Positions 9,553 to 18,766 of a stretch of DNA of 64,000 nt are shown in pieces. The position numbers and the translations under genes were made by a program. The notes below the pieces were generated by a model that saw only the letters and a list, made by a program, of their open reading frames with translations, was not told the DNA's origin and ran no database searches. Source of the stretch: Rubripirellula sp. (GTDB taxonomy: Bacteria > Planctomycetota > Planctomycetia > Pirellulales > Pirellulaceae); assembly GCA_965216875.1 (NCBI GenBank), contig OZ244207.1:7616001-7680000 (forward strand). The letters run 5' to 3'. Every line of letters begins with the position of its first letter. Position 1 is the stretch's first letter.

Positions 9553-10857
9553 TTAGCCATCGATGATCCGGCGACGAATGGATTCGGTTGCGATCCTAGC
9601 TTGCTGGATGAATTCGGCGTCGGCGAGTTCGTCAATGGTGGCGTGGGTGGGATAGGACTGATGGATCAACGCGCGTAGGTCGTGATCGAGATCCTCGGTC
9701 CAGAGGCAGGATGCGGGCAGTTGGTTCAGCTGGGATGCTTCGATTGGCACTCGCAGCCGCAAGCAGGCGGGACCACCTCCGCCCGACATGCTCAGTTTCA
9801 GATCAACGTAATGGACTCCTGCAATGAGCCCGCTGTCGATCCAGTCGTTGACCAGTCGCCGCGCGCTGACACTTTGTTCGACTTCAGCAGGACAAATCAG
9901 TACCGGCCGACTCTCTGCGGGTACGCTGACGAGTTGGCTGTTGAAGAGATACGTCCCAATCGCCTCCTCAAGAGGAAGTTGCTCACGCGTGACGACAACG
10001 TGTTTGAGCGCGAATCCTGTTTTCTCTCGGAACCGTTGTCTCAGTCGCTCAAGTGCCTCATCCGCTTCATAAAACGCGTCTTCGTGATGAATGAATGTGT
10101 CCAAGTGGCTCGCTGCAACGACATCGTTGTGAAAGGCACCGGCGTCAATTGCTTTGGGGTGTTGTTTGAAGTGAAAGGTGTTTTCCTCGGAGAGCCCCAT
10201 TACGCGCGCGATGGCACGTGAGGCTTCCAAGGTGTGTCTTGCAAAGTGTTTTTGACTCTCGGGAGATTGGTCGCCGTGGACGAATAGATGCAGTCCTTGG
10301 CTTGCGAACGTGCCTGCCAAACGCATGTGATTGGCAGCACCTTCATCACGCAGCGGTGTTCCGCCCAACAGCGGCGGGTGAACGCTTGCAATCGAACCGA
10401 AGACATACCGCAAATCGGCGAGTGTTTGTTCTGATTCAATCGCGCGATGCACACTTGCAGATAGATTCGCAACGACAAGGTGCGTGTGTCGATCGCTACA
10501 GTCCACGCCGGGAGCGACCGTCGCCGCGTTTGCCGTCCACATGGCCGAACAGCTGAAAGTTGCGGATAGCAGCGAAGGGTTTTCTTTGGCAGCGAGAGAC
10601 CACCGCTCGCCTGGCTCGTCACCAAAACCGAGTGAAAGAAGCAAATCGGTATGCGGCCGGGGATGGGGAGGCAGGATCACTTGAGGCACTCCCAACCGGG
10701 CGACCAGCCGCATTTTGTCGAGGCCCTGCAACGCAGCTGCAGCGGGATTGGAGGGTTGCCAAGCATGCTCGGCCGATGCGACGTTCCCAACGCCAAGTCC
10801 GGCAAAGTGGTGCGTCGGCCCGACGATCCTGTCGGCTTGCACTTCAACGATCGTCAT
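9553..10857 (-). CDS. astB: N-succinylarginine dihydrolase
   Basis: VGPTHHFAGL..GNVAS, SAMWTANAATV, DEGAANH, GAFHNDV and GGGPACLRLRV motifs. Confidence 0.93.
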   Translation of the reverse strand: MTIVEVQADRIVGPTHHFAGLGVGNVASAEHAWQPSNPAAAALQGLDKMRLVARLGVPQVILPPHPRPHTDLLLSLGFGDEPGERWSLAAKENPSLLSATFSCSAMWTANAATVAPGVDCSDRHTHLVVANLSASVHRAIESEQTLADLRYVFGSIASVHPPLLGGTPLRDEGAANHMRLAGTFASQGLHLFVHGDQSPESQKHFARHTLEASRAIARVMGLSEENTFHFKQHPKAIDAGAFHNDVVAASHLDTFIHHEDAFYEADEALERLRQRFREKTGFALKHVVVTREQLPLEEAIGTYLFNSQLVSVPAESRPVLICPAEVEQSVSARRLVNDWIDSGLIAGVHYVDLKLSMSGGGGPACLRLRVPIEASQLNQLPASCLWTEDLDHDLRALIHQSYPTHATIDELADAEFIQQARIATESIRRRIIDG

Positions 10858-10897
10858 CGCGATTGCTCCCTACACGTTGCGTCCAGCACACTCACGA

Positions 10898-12331
10898 TCA
10901 TTTGGCGACATCCCAGGGATCGTTGTCGGCAAGCGATTCAGATTCAAGCGAGGCGATCGGATCGCTACAGAAATCGATGGCGTAGTATCCTGCGGGGCGA
11001 TGATTGCCACTGTCACCCAAGCCTCCAAACGGAAGTGCACCCGCCGCACCGGTGGTCGGGCGATTCCAATTCACAACGCCTGCACCGACTCGATGCACGA
11101 ACTGATCAAAGAGTTGCCAATCGCCACCGATGAGTGACGCAGCGAGCCCGTAACAGGTTTCCGAAGCAAACGCGATCGCTTCGGCCTCATCGCCGGCTCG
11201 CTGGATCACCAACATCGGGCCAAACCATTCCAGTTCACCCATTCGTCGACGCGCAGCAGCATCAACGTTGCTTGCGTCGAGCAAACAGGGGTGCACGAGG
11301 TTGGGACGTTGCGGGTCGACTTGAAAGGGGAGGACCGGCGTGCAGCCGATTTCGATCAGCTGGTCATAGGTTTGCTTGAGGCCCTCGGCTGCGCCGGACG
11401 AAATGATCGGGCCAACCTGTGGCGTGGGGTCGGTACCGGGAAGACCGACAACGCGCGACTTGACGTTGTCCACGAGCGCTTTGATCTGACGATCAGTGGC
11501 GGGAGAATCGACGTAGATCACGCGTCGAGCACAGGTGCAACGTTGACCTGCCGAGACAAATGCCGAAAACGAGACGACTTGGGCCGCTTTTTGCGCGTCG
11601 ACCTCGCCAGTGACCACGATGGGATTGTTGCCACCGAGTTCCAACGCGAGCAGCACGTCGGGACGTCCAGCCAATTGGCGATGGACGGCGCGACCCGCAG
11701 TCCTGCCGCCGGTGAGGAAGACGGCCGCAAGTTCGGGGGCATCGATCGCGGCTGTCGCCACATCAACGCCGCCGACGATCATCTGCAACGTCTCTTCGGG
11801 AAGCCCGGCTTCGCGCCAGGTGTGAAGCATCCATTGCCCCACGGCCGTTGCCTGATCACTTGGTTTGAATACGACAGAGTTGCCAGCCAACAGCGATGGA
11901 ATGATCTGCCCGCCCGGCAGATGCAGTGGGAAATTGAACGGCCCGAGTACGAGCGTGACACCCAAGGGTTGGAAACGCACAACGCGACGCATGTTTTCGA
12001 CTTCGTTGATCTGTTGGTCGCGTCGGCTCTTGAGGGCGTTGATCGAAAGCTCGACCTTCGCGATCGACGCCGCGACTTCGCCAGCTGCGTCCCAGGGCAG
12101 TTTTCCGACTTCGCGAATGATCAGGTCGGTGATCTCATCTCGCTTTCCTTCGACCAGCTTGCCGTACTGGCGAACGATCTCGCATCGCTCGGCAAGTGGC
12201 ACGGTTCGCCATGCCTGGCTCGCTTGGTGGGCACGCTGCATCGTTTCTGACACGACTGACGGAGTGCTTTCTGGACCAGAAAAGACGAGGGAATCGTCGA
12301 CGGGGCTGTAACTCGAAGTATTTGATGACAT
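10898..12331 (-). CDS. astD: Succinylglutamate-semialdehyde dehydrogenase
   Basis: ALDH motifs GPFNFPLHLP, LELGGNNP, SAGQRCTC and AstD-like PFGGLGDSGNHRP; adjacent to astB. Confidence 0.88.
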   Translation of the reverse strand: MSSNTSSYSPVDDSLVFSGPESTPSVVSETMQRAHQASQAWRTVPLAERCEIVRQYGKLVEGKRDEITDLIIREVGKLPWDAAGEVAASIAKVELSINALKSRRDQQINEVENMRRVVRFQPLGVTLVLGPFNFPLHLPGGQIIPSLLAGNSVVFKPSDQATAVGQWMLHTWREAGLPEETLQMIVGGVDVATAAIDAPELAAVFLTGGRTAGRAVHRQLAGRPDVLLALELGGNNPIVVTGEVDAQKAAQVVSFSAFVSAGQRCTCARRVIYVDSPATDRQIKALVDNVKSRVVGLPGTDPTPQVGPIISSGAAEGLKQTYDQLIEIGCTPVLPFQVDPQRPNLVHPCLLDASNVDAAARRRMGELEWFGPMLVIQRAGDEAEAIAFASETCYGLAASLIGGDWQLFDQFVHRVGAGVVNWNRPTTGAAGALPFGGLGDSGNHRPAGYYAIDFCSDPIASLESESLADNDPWDVAK

Positions 12332-12445
12332 TTTCAATCGCTTTTCCGACTCGAGTCCCGAATGTGACCTAGCTTTCAAGTAGACGGGGTAGAGCCATCC
12401 GTTGCTACACCTGAAAAATACCTTATTCCTTCAAAGTCGACAGAC

Positions 12446-12772
12446 ATGAAACGAAACAAACGCAAGGGCTTTTCGCTTTTGGAAGTGATCGCTGCAGTCG
12501 TGATTTTGGCAGTGGTTGCAGCTGCTACGGTCGCAACGGTCGCACCGATGCGGGCAAAGAGTGAAGACAAGTTGGCCGATCAAGAGATCGCGACGTTGAA
12601 CGCCATGTCACAAACTTACTTCCTCGAAGAAGGACGCTATCCAGCAAGCGTCTACACGTTGGCAAACTCGGGCTACATCGCCAACACAACGCGTGACGAA
12701 AAACTTCGTCTGCGAAAGATTCGCCAGAACTACAACTACACTCGAAGCACTGGCGTGTTCTCGAAGAAGTAG
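12446..12772 (+). CDS. Type IV pilin / major pseudopilin-like protein
   Basis: Class III signal MKRNKRKG|FSLLE plus hydrophobic helix; 108 aa. Confidence 0.88.
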   Translation: MKRNKRKGFSLLEVIAAVVILAVVAAATVATVAPMRAKSEDKLADQEIATLNAMSQTYFLEEGRYPASVYTLANSGYIANTTRDEKLRLRKIRQNYNYTRSTGVFSKK

Positions 12773-12805
12773 ATCCAGTTTCTGGATGGTTCTGAGCTAA
12801 CTCAC

Positions 12806-12879
12806 AAAAAGTCCGCATCAGTGAATCGCGGTTCGCCCACCCGAGGGGATTGAACCATGGTTTGCCGGCGGACTTTTTT
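12806..12879 (+). terminator. Extended stem-loop / terminator-like element between major and minor pilin genes
   Basis: AAAAAGTCCGC ... GCGGACTTTTTT outer stem with inner GGTTC/GAACC pairing. Confidence 0.55.
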
Positions 12880-12910
12880 CGTCTCGGTCGCTTACACTCA
12901 AAGACAACCG

Positions 12911-13375
12911 ATGCCCCGCACACGCAAAGGCAAGTCAACCGGCGTCACCTTGATCGAAACGATCATGGTGATCGTGTTGCTTAGCGCCGCTGCAATTGTC
13001 GGCACGATCTTCCTCGACGACCAATGGGTCGCTAGACGCAGCACGAGTGCCGCGACAGGCGAGGTCGAGCAAACGTTGCGAGCAGCGCGCAACACAGCAA
13101 TCACTAACCAAACCATCGTGCAAGTCCGTCGCCAACGCACCGGCGGCGTCGAGCGACTAGTGGTGACCAAGCAAGCGGGGCCCTTTGGACCGGAGCGAAT
13201 TCACACCATCGATTTGGGGAGTGACGTTCGGCTGACAGGAACACCCCGCGCGATTCGTTTTCAGCCCACGGGAAGTGCGGACCGCATCCTCGAGTGGCAC
13301 ATCAATCGATCAAGCACTCGTGGGACGGTGAATGTCACGCCCACCGATGGGCAAGTTTCCAAACAGTTGCCGTAG
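12911..13375 (+). CDS. Minor (pseudo)pilin, GspH/FimT-like
   Basis: G|VTLIE prepilin motif; LRAARNTAI and IRFQPTG patterns. Confidence 0.8.
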   Translation: MPRTRKGKSTGVTLIETIMVIVLLSAAAIVGTIFLDDQWVARRSTSAATGEVEQTLRAARNTAITNQTIVQVRRQRTGGVERLVVTKQAGPFGPERIHTIDLGSDVRLTGTPRAIRFQPTGSADRILEWHINRSSTRGTVNVTPTDGQVSKQLP

Positions 13376-13385
13376 GGGTCGAATC

Positions 13386-13811
13386 ATGAAACGTAAAGCG
13401 AAAAAAGGAGCGACGCTCATCGATGTGGCGGCCGGTTCGATGTTGCTTGCCGTCTTGCTGATTCCATCGGTGCACCTGATCGGTGAATCACGCAAGTCCA
13501 ATCATCGGCTTCATCGCCGTGAGGCCATGCTCTATCAAGCCGATCAAGTGATGGAATCAACCAAGGTTGCGTTAGGTGATCCGACCGCCTTTGCGGCTGC
13601 CTTGGCGACACCGGTCGATTCGTCAGCGGCGGTCACAACCAGCGACATTCCGGATCTTCACACACGCGTTCGTGTTGCTGCCGATCCCACCGTTGCTCCC
13701 GCCCAACTCCTGACGATTCAAGTCGACCTTTGGCAAGACCAAGATGGCGACGCAGCGTTTGATCGCGGAGAGCCAATCGAAACCCTGCGAACACAGTGGG
13801 CGGCACCATGA
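13386..13811 (+). CDS. Minor (pseudo)pilin, GspI/PilV-like
   Basis: MKRKAKKG|ATLID plus hydrophobic helix; Asp at +5. Confidence 0.72.
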   Translation: MKRKAKKGATLIDVAAGSMLLAVLLIPSVHLIGESRKSNHRLHRREAMLYQADQVMESTKVALGDPTAFAAALATPVDSSAAVTTSDIPDLHTRVRVAADPTVAPAQLLTIQVDLWQDQDGDAAFDRGEPIETLRTQWAAP

Positions 13812-14281
13812 ACCGACCAGCACCGCGCCGCGGAATCAGTTTGATCGAAGTGATCGCCGCCACCGCAATCATCGCGGTGATGATCGTTCCGATTGCTGGT
13901 GTGATGCGCGCATCGAGCCAGTCGATTGCCGCCGCCGAAGGTGACGCTTCCGACGAAGCTTCGATGCGCACTGCCCTGCGTTGGTTGTCAACAACCGTGC
14001 GGGATAGCGACGTGTTGCGGGTCCGCTCTCGACGGCTTGTGCTGAGGCTTTCGGATGGCAACACCGCGTCCATCCAAGTCCGTCGCCGAAACCTGGTGAT
14101 GCGGATCGGAACCGATGAAACGATTCTTTGCCAAGGTGTGCGAGACGTTCAGTTCCAAGCCATCAATCGGGTCACGCCGCCCGTTTCGAGAACGGGGATT
14201 CGCGTGACCGCACGCATGCGTGATGCCGATGGCAACTGGACCACCGTCGAAAACACGATCTCAGAATTACCTCAAGTCTAA
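13808..14281 (+). CDS. Minor (pseudo)pilin, GspJ/PilW-like
   Basis: RRG|ISLIE prepilin motif; ATGA overlap with the previous gene. Confidence 0.8.
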   Translation: MNRPAPRRGISLIEVIAATAIIAVMIVPIAGVMRASSQSIAAAEGDASDEASMRTALRWLSTTVRDSDVLRVRSRRLVLRLSDGNTASIQVRRRNLVMRIGTDETILCQGVRDVQFQAINRVTPPVSRTGIRVTARMRDADGNWTTVENTISELPQV

Positions 14282-14288
14282 GGATGGG

Positions 14289-14669
14289 ATGAGAAGTATG
14301 GCACTCTGCAAGAACCGACGATTACGCCGTGGTTCGGCGTTGCTGGTTTGCACCCTTGCTGCGGTCGTGATTTCCTTGGCGGCCGTCACCATGCTGCGAA
14401 GCAGCCGACGATCGATCGCTCGAATCGATGCGATCCAAGCTTCCGATGGCGGGCGTCACGTCGCCGACGGGCTGCTCCAGCGCTCGATCGCTCTGTTGCG
14501 AGAAAACCCGGCGACAGCGGGCACGATCGTCGATCCAGACGGCCCAAATCCAGATGCTTTCTGCCAACTCACGACGCTGACCGCGACTGCGACCCAAATT
14601 CAAGTTTTTCTCTACGCGGGCGCCGCCGTTCCGGCGATCGACATGGTTGTTGACCCAACCGCGCTGTAG
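14289..14669 (+). CDS. Minor (pseudo)pilin, GspK/PilX-like
   Basis: RRG|SALLV with no Glu5, as in K/PilX subunits; last gene of the cassette; start may be 14298. Confidence 0.7.
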   Translation: MRSMALCKNRRLRRGSALLVCTLAAVVISLAAVTMLRSSRRSIARIDAIQASDGGRHVADGLLQRSIALLRENPATAGTIVDPDGPNPDAFCQLTTLTATATQIQVFLYAGAAVPAIDMVVDPTAL

Positions 14670-15003
14670 GAAATCGACAGCCACTTTGGTCGCCGAATCA
14701 ACGGGTGGATCAGGTGTATTGCGGGGCACAGACAACTTGACTTTGGTTGTTGGCTGCGTCACTCTAGGCGTAGTCGAGACGCGATCTGCACCTCAGGGTC
14801 GCCCGCTCCTTTCTGCCCGGGACGTGATTCTTTCCAAGACGCGATGCCCTCGGCATGATTCCGTCACCCTCTTGGTCAGCCGTGCATCTTTTAGCGTCTT
14901 TTCCGATCGATCCCAACGCCACCACTGGCGCGTTGTTTTCGAACGCGGGCTTCATGTGACGAGCATAGCCAAGTTGGCGTGACCAACCTTGGTACTTCTT
15001 GAT

Positions 15004-15068
15004 GGGTATGCGCCCGGTATGCGGCATACCCTTGTTCCTTTGTCGAATTGAATCTGTCGAATTGAATC
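15004..15068 (+). promoter_or_regulatory. Candidate regulatory elements upstream of the oxidoreductase operon
   Basis: GGGTATGC-N12-GCATACCC inverted repeat (15004-15031) and perfect tandem TGTCGAATTGAATC x2 (15041-15068). Confidence 0.35.
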
Positions 15069-15077
15069 GACGACTCC

Positions 15078-15902
15078 ATGCAAGATCCATCCAACAACGA
15101 AACAAGCCGACAGCGGCGCGACTTTCTCAAGAAAGCTTCTGCTGCGCTGACGATCTTGCCTGCTGCAAGTGTTGCCAGCGCTGATCAACAAGAGGCCGAT
15201 TCTTTTCCACCTGAACAGCAGTGGAAAGACCGCATGACACCTCCCGACGATGGCAAGAAGTTGGGATGGTTTGTCGATACGCGGCGATGCATTGGCTGCC
15301 ACGCTTGTGAAGTCAGTTGCAAATCGGAAAACGATGTTCCGCTGGGCAATTTCATCCGCCAAACGTTCTACAAAGACGTTGGCCAGTATCCCAAAGTGGC
15401 TCGGATGTTTTTGCCGATGTCCTGCCAACATTGCGAAGACGCGCCTTGCATCAAAGCATGTCCGTGCGGAGCGCTTCACAAGACAACCGGTGGCACCGTT
15501 GCCGTCGACTACAACCGATGTTGTGGTCACGGGACCTGCGTCGACGTTTGCCCGTATGGTGCGGTCTACCTTGATCCGGTGGCGAAACAAGCGGTCAAGT
15601 GCCACAACTGCTTTCATCGTACCGAGCAAGAGATGGAACCGGCATGCGTTCCAACTTGCCCATCCGAAGCGTTGTACTTCGGTGATTTGAACGACCCCGA
15701 CTCTTCCGTTTCGCAGGCCATGCAAGCGGTGGAAGAATCGGGCGAAGAGTTGGTGCAGCTTCGCAGCGAAAAAGAAACGCGACCAAGAATGTGGTTTGCA
15801 GGGAAGGCGCCCGCCGAAATCGAACCGAGTGTTCCGGCCGAAGGCGAGCCCTATTCGCCCGACGCCTACAGCATTTACAACTGGAAAAAGGAGATGCCGT
15901 GA
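15078..15902 (+). CDS. Four-cluster Fe-S electron-transfer subunit (PsrB/TtrB/NrfC family) with Tat signal
   Basis: QRRDFLKK Tat motif; CIGCHACEVSC, CQHCEDAPCIKAC, CCGHGTCVDVC and CHNC...CVPTC motifs. Confidence 0.92.
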   Translation: MQDPSNNETSRQRRDFLKKASAALTILPAASVASADQQEADSFPPEQQWKDRMTPPDDGKKLGWFVDTRRCIGCHACEVSCKSENDVPLGNFIRQTFYKDVGQYPKVARMFLPMSCQHCEDAPCIKACPCGALHKTTGGTVAVDYNRCCGHGTCVDVCPYGAVYLDPVAKQAVKCHNCFHRTEQEMEPACVPTCPSEALYFGDLNDPDSSVSQAMQAVEESGEELVQLRSEKETRPRMWFAGKAPAEIEPSVPAEGEPYSPDAYSIYNWKKEMP

Positions 15903-18766
15903 ACGATTCAACGTCATCTTCGAGACGTCGGTTCCTTCGCCTTGGACTGGCTGTGGGTGCAGCCGCCACTGTGATCGAATCGGGGTGCGCGAAAGAGAAC
16001 GCCCAAGCCGATCGCAATTCGAACGGCAGTACCGACGATTCGTCAAACAAGCCGGACGTTGCGTCGACGCCTTTGGTGGTCGATATCGAAAAGTGGAATC
16101 AAATCAAAGGTGAACCCTATCGCATCGGTGCGTTCGGGCCGATGCCTGGTGTTTGCAAATTGCCGGGCCCGAACGCCAAACGCAACTGGCCAGATCGTGA
16201 CAAGTACAAAGATGTCAGCAAGGTGCCTGGCATGTGCCAGCTTTGCAGTACCATTTGCGGCATTGTTGGCATTGTCAAAGACGGACGCCTGATCAAGGTC
16301 GAAGGGAACCCGAACGATCCCAACAGCCGTGGCCACCTTTGTGCGCGCGGCCAGGCAGCTCTCAATCACCAATACCATCCCGAGCGTTTGTTGTATCCGC
16401 TCAAGCGTGTTGGTGAACGCGGTGAGGGGAAATGGAAGCGTATCACGTGGGACGAAGCGCTCGATGAAATCGCCGAAAAGCTCAAGGCCGTTCGCGACAG
16501 TGGCAAGCCTGAAGAGTTTGCCTTCCACCAAGGGCGTCAACGCAGCAAGGATGCGCTGAAGCGTTTTCTCGACGCGTTTGGCACAAGCACACAGTTGAGC
16601 CATCGTTCGTTGTGCTCGGGCAATCGACGCGCTGCGAACCTGACCTACCTATGGGAAAGCGATTGGGATCTCAACGACGTCGAAAACAGTAAGTACATCT
16701 TGAATTTTGGTTCCAATGTTTTCGAAGCCCATCAGGGGCACATCCCGTTTGTGAACCGCGTGCAAAAGGGGCGGTTCGAAGGAGGTGCCAAACTGGTCAC
16801 CTTTGATGTGCGACTTTCCAACACAGCTGGCGGAAGCGATGAATGGTTTGCGCCGTTTCCAGGAACCGATGGTGCGATCGCGCTCGCGATGTCGCATGTG
16901 ATTCTTGCCGAAGGGCTGCACGATCAGGCGTTCCTGGAAACCTGGACCAACGTTTCCATTGATGAACTTCGCGAGCATTTGAAGCCGTACACCCCTGATT
17001 GGGCTCAACAGGTCAGTGGTGTTGCTGCGTCGGATATTCGACGCATCGCGATCGAGTTTGCAAAAGCGGCACCGGCGGCAACCACCATTTGCAATCGCGG
17101 CAGCTCGGCCCATTTGAATGGTTTCTACAACGACCGCGCGATCGGTCTGCTCAATGCGGTCGTTGGCAGCGTTGGCAAAAAGGGTGGGTGGTGTTGGTCG
17201 CCGTGGGGAGGACTCGATCCCGTCGTCAAGACGCCCGCGATGCCGCCCCGAGCAAAGACGCATAGCGTTCTTGAAGACCCGCCCGAATATCCGTTGGCGA
17301 ACGTTTGGCGGCGGATGCGGGTCGGCGAGATCGTGTACCTGTACCTGCTGCAAGGCCGCGCGAAACTGCAGGCCTACATGACATACAACCTCGACGCGCC
17401 AATCACTTGGCCCGAAGAGAGTATGACGCAACAGGTGCTCAGCGACGAAAAGCTGATCAACTTCCACGTCTGCATCAATGCGTTTTACAACGAAACGGCT
17501 CACTTTGCCGACATCGTTTTGCCCTGGTCGACCTACTTGGAACGATGGGATTTGGATGCGCGTGGCGGGTACAACCTAAGGCCCTACGTCGGTCTGCGCA
17601 GTCCCATGGTCAAGCCGCTTGGGCAGTCGAAGGACGTGCGCGAATTCTTTCCTGAACTCGCGCGGCGAATTGGCGGAGGGATGGAGGAGTGGTATCCCGA
17701 AAACGATGTTCGCGAGTACATGGAATCGTGGGCTTCGAACGTGCCTGAAAACCCCGAGACCGGAAAGGCGGGGCTTGAACGCCTGCTGGATGAGGGTGTT
17801 TGGGAAGCCGATCGAGAACCCTTCTATGAACCCTACAATCAACCGCTTTCGGAAGATGAACTTCAAGGCAGCCAAGTCGATGACGAAGGTGTTATTACGA
17901 AAGAGGGTGTCGGCATCGGCCTGATGGTCGACGGAAAAGCCGTTCGTGGTTTCAAGACACCGAGCCGCAAATTCGAAGTGCGTAGTGCTTTCGTCGCAGA
18001 CATCGGCAAGAACAAAGATTGCAGTGATCTGATCGCGCGAAGTGGCGTCACCAAAACGTCGAACCGTCACGAGACGCATGAGGGCAACGACCTTGTGATC
18101 GATGCCATGCCAACGTGGTTCCAGCCCGAGGAGTTGCAGGACCTTGACGACAACGAATTGGTGATGACCAGTTTCAAATGGAACGTTCACAATCACGGTC
18201 GAACGATGAACTTGAAGTGGTTGGCCGAGATCGTGCATAGCAACCCGGCATGGCTCAACCCGCAAACGGCGGAATCGTTAGGTTTGAAGAATGGCGACTG
18301 GATCGAGGTGACGTCGTACTTCTCGAAGGAGGTCGAAAAACAATCGCCACACCTGCGACGCGACGACTTGCCACTTGAACGCGGACGCCGCAAGGTTTCT
18401 TCGATGCGTGTTCCGATTGTCACGATGGAAGGCATCCATCCGCGCGTGATCGCGATGAGCAACAGTTGTGGTCACACTCAATACACCTCCGTCGCTCAAG
18501 CAAAGAAGGAAGCTCCCGATGCGTCTTCGCTGGCGGGATGTGATACCAAGACCTACGCTGACCCCGATTGGCAGCGCAACATGTGGTGGGAAGACCATTC
18601 CGGTGGCGATCCAGCCAAATGGGTCAGGAATACGGGGAACGGTTGGAACCAGAACAAACTGATGCCAATCTCGCCCGACCCGATCAGCGGACAACAGGCT
18701 TTTCATGACACCGTCGTCTCGATCCGCAAGGTCGGCGAAACCGAGTCGGTTGAGACGACCGCGTGA
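15899..18766 (+). CDS. Mo/W-bisPGD oxidoreductase catalytic subunit (DMSO reductase superfamily, Psr/Phs/Arr/Ttr-type) with Tat signal
   Basis: SRRRFLR Tat motif; FS0 motif CQLCSTIC...LCARG; RLLYPLKRVGERGEGKWKRITWDEALD; SHRSLC (Cys ligand position); PGTDGAIAL; ETAHFADIVLP. GTG start overlaps the upstream stop. Confidence 0.92.
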   Translation: MNDSTSSSRRRFLRLGLAVGAAATVIESGCAKENAQADRNSNGSTDDSSNKPDVASTPLVVDIEKWNQIKGEPYRIGAFGPMPGVCKLPGPNAKRNWPDRDKYKDVSKVPGMCQLCSTICGIVGIVKDGRLIKVEGNPNDPNSRGHLCARGQAALNHQYHPERLLYPLKRVGERGEGKWKRITWDEALDEIAEKLKAVRDSGKPEEFAFHQGRQRSKDALKRFLDAFGTSTQLSHRSLCSGNRRAANLTYLWESDWDLNDVENSKYILNFGSNVFEAHQGHIPFVNRVQKGRFEGGAKLVTFDVRLSNTAGGSDEWFAPFPGTDGAIALAMSHVILAEGLHDQAFLETWTNVSIDELREHLKPYTPDWAQQVSGVAASDIRRIAIEFAKAAPAATTICNRGSSAHLNGFYNDRAIGLLNAVVGSVGKKGGWCWSPWGGLDPVVKTPAMPPRAKTHSVLEDPPEYPLANVWRRMRVGEIVYLYLLQGRAKLQAYMTYNLDAPITWPEESMTQQVLSDEKLINFHVCINAFYNETAHFADIVLPWSTYLERWDLDARGGYNLRPYVGLRSPMVKPLGQSKDVREFFPELARRIGGGMEEWYPENDVREYMESWASNVPENPETGKAGLERLLDEGVWEADREPFYEPYNQPLSEDELQGSQVDDEGVITKEGVGIGLMVDGKAVRGFKTPSRKFEVRSAFVADIGKNKDCSDLIARSGVTKTSNRHETHEGNDLVIDAMPTWFQPEELQDLDDNELVMTSFKWNVHNHGRTMNLKWLAEIVHSNPAWLNPQTAESLGLKNGDWIEVTSYFSKEVEKQSPHLRRDDLPLERGRRKVSSMRVPIVTMEGIHPRVIAMSNSCGHTQYTSVAQAKKEAPDASSLAGCDTKTYADPDWQRNMWWEDHSGGDPAKWVRNTGNGWNQNKLMPISPDPISGQQAFHDTVVSIRKVGETESVETTA

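Noticed and set aside
14670..15077. Moco riboswitch, small ORF or transposase remnant upstream of the molybdoenzyme
   Set aside because: No recognisable Moco-RNA architecture; the ORFs here lack motifs, and a short LKDARLTKR resemblance to IS4-type transposases is too weak.
15899..18766. Naming the enzyme arrA, psrA, ttrA or a formate dehydrogenase/selenoprotein
   Set aside because: Diagnostic Arr and Arx motifs are absent, there is no in-frame TGA, and specificity cannot be assigned without a phylogeny.
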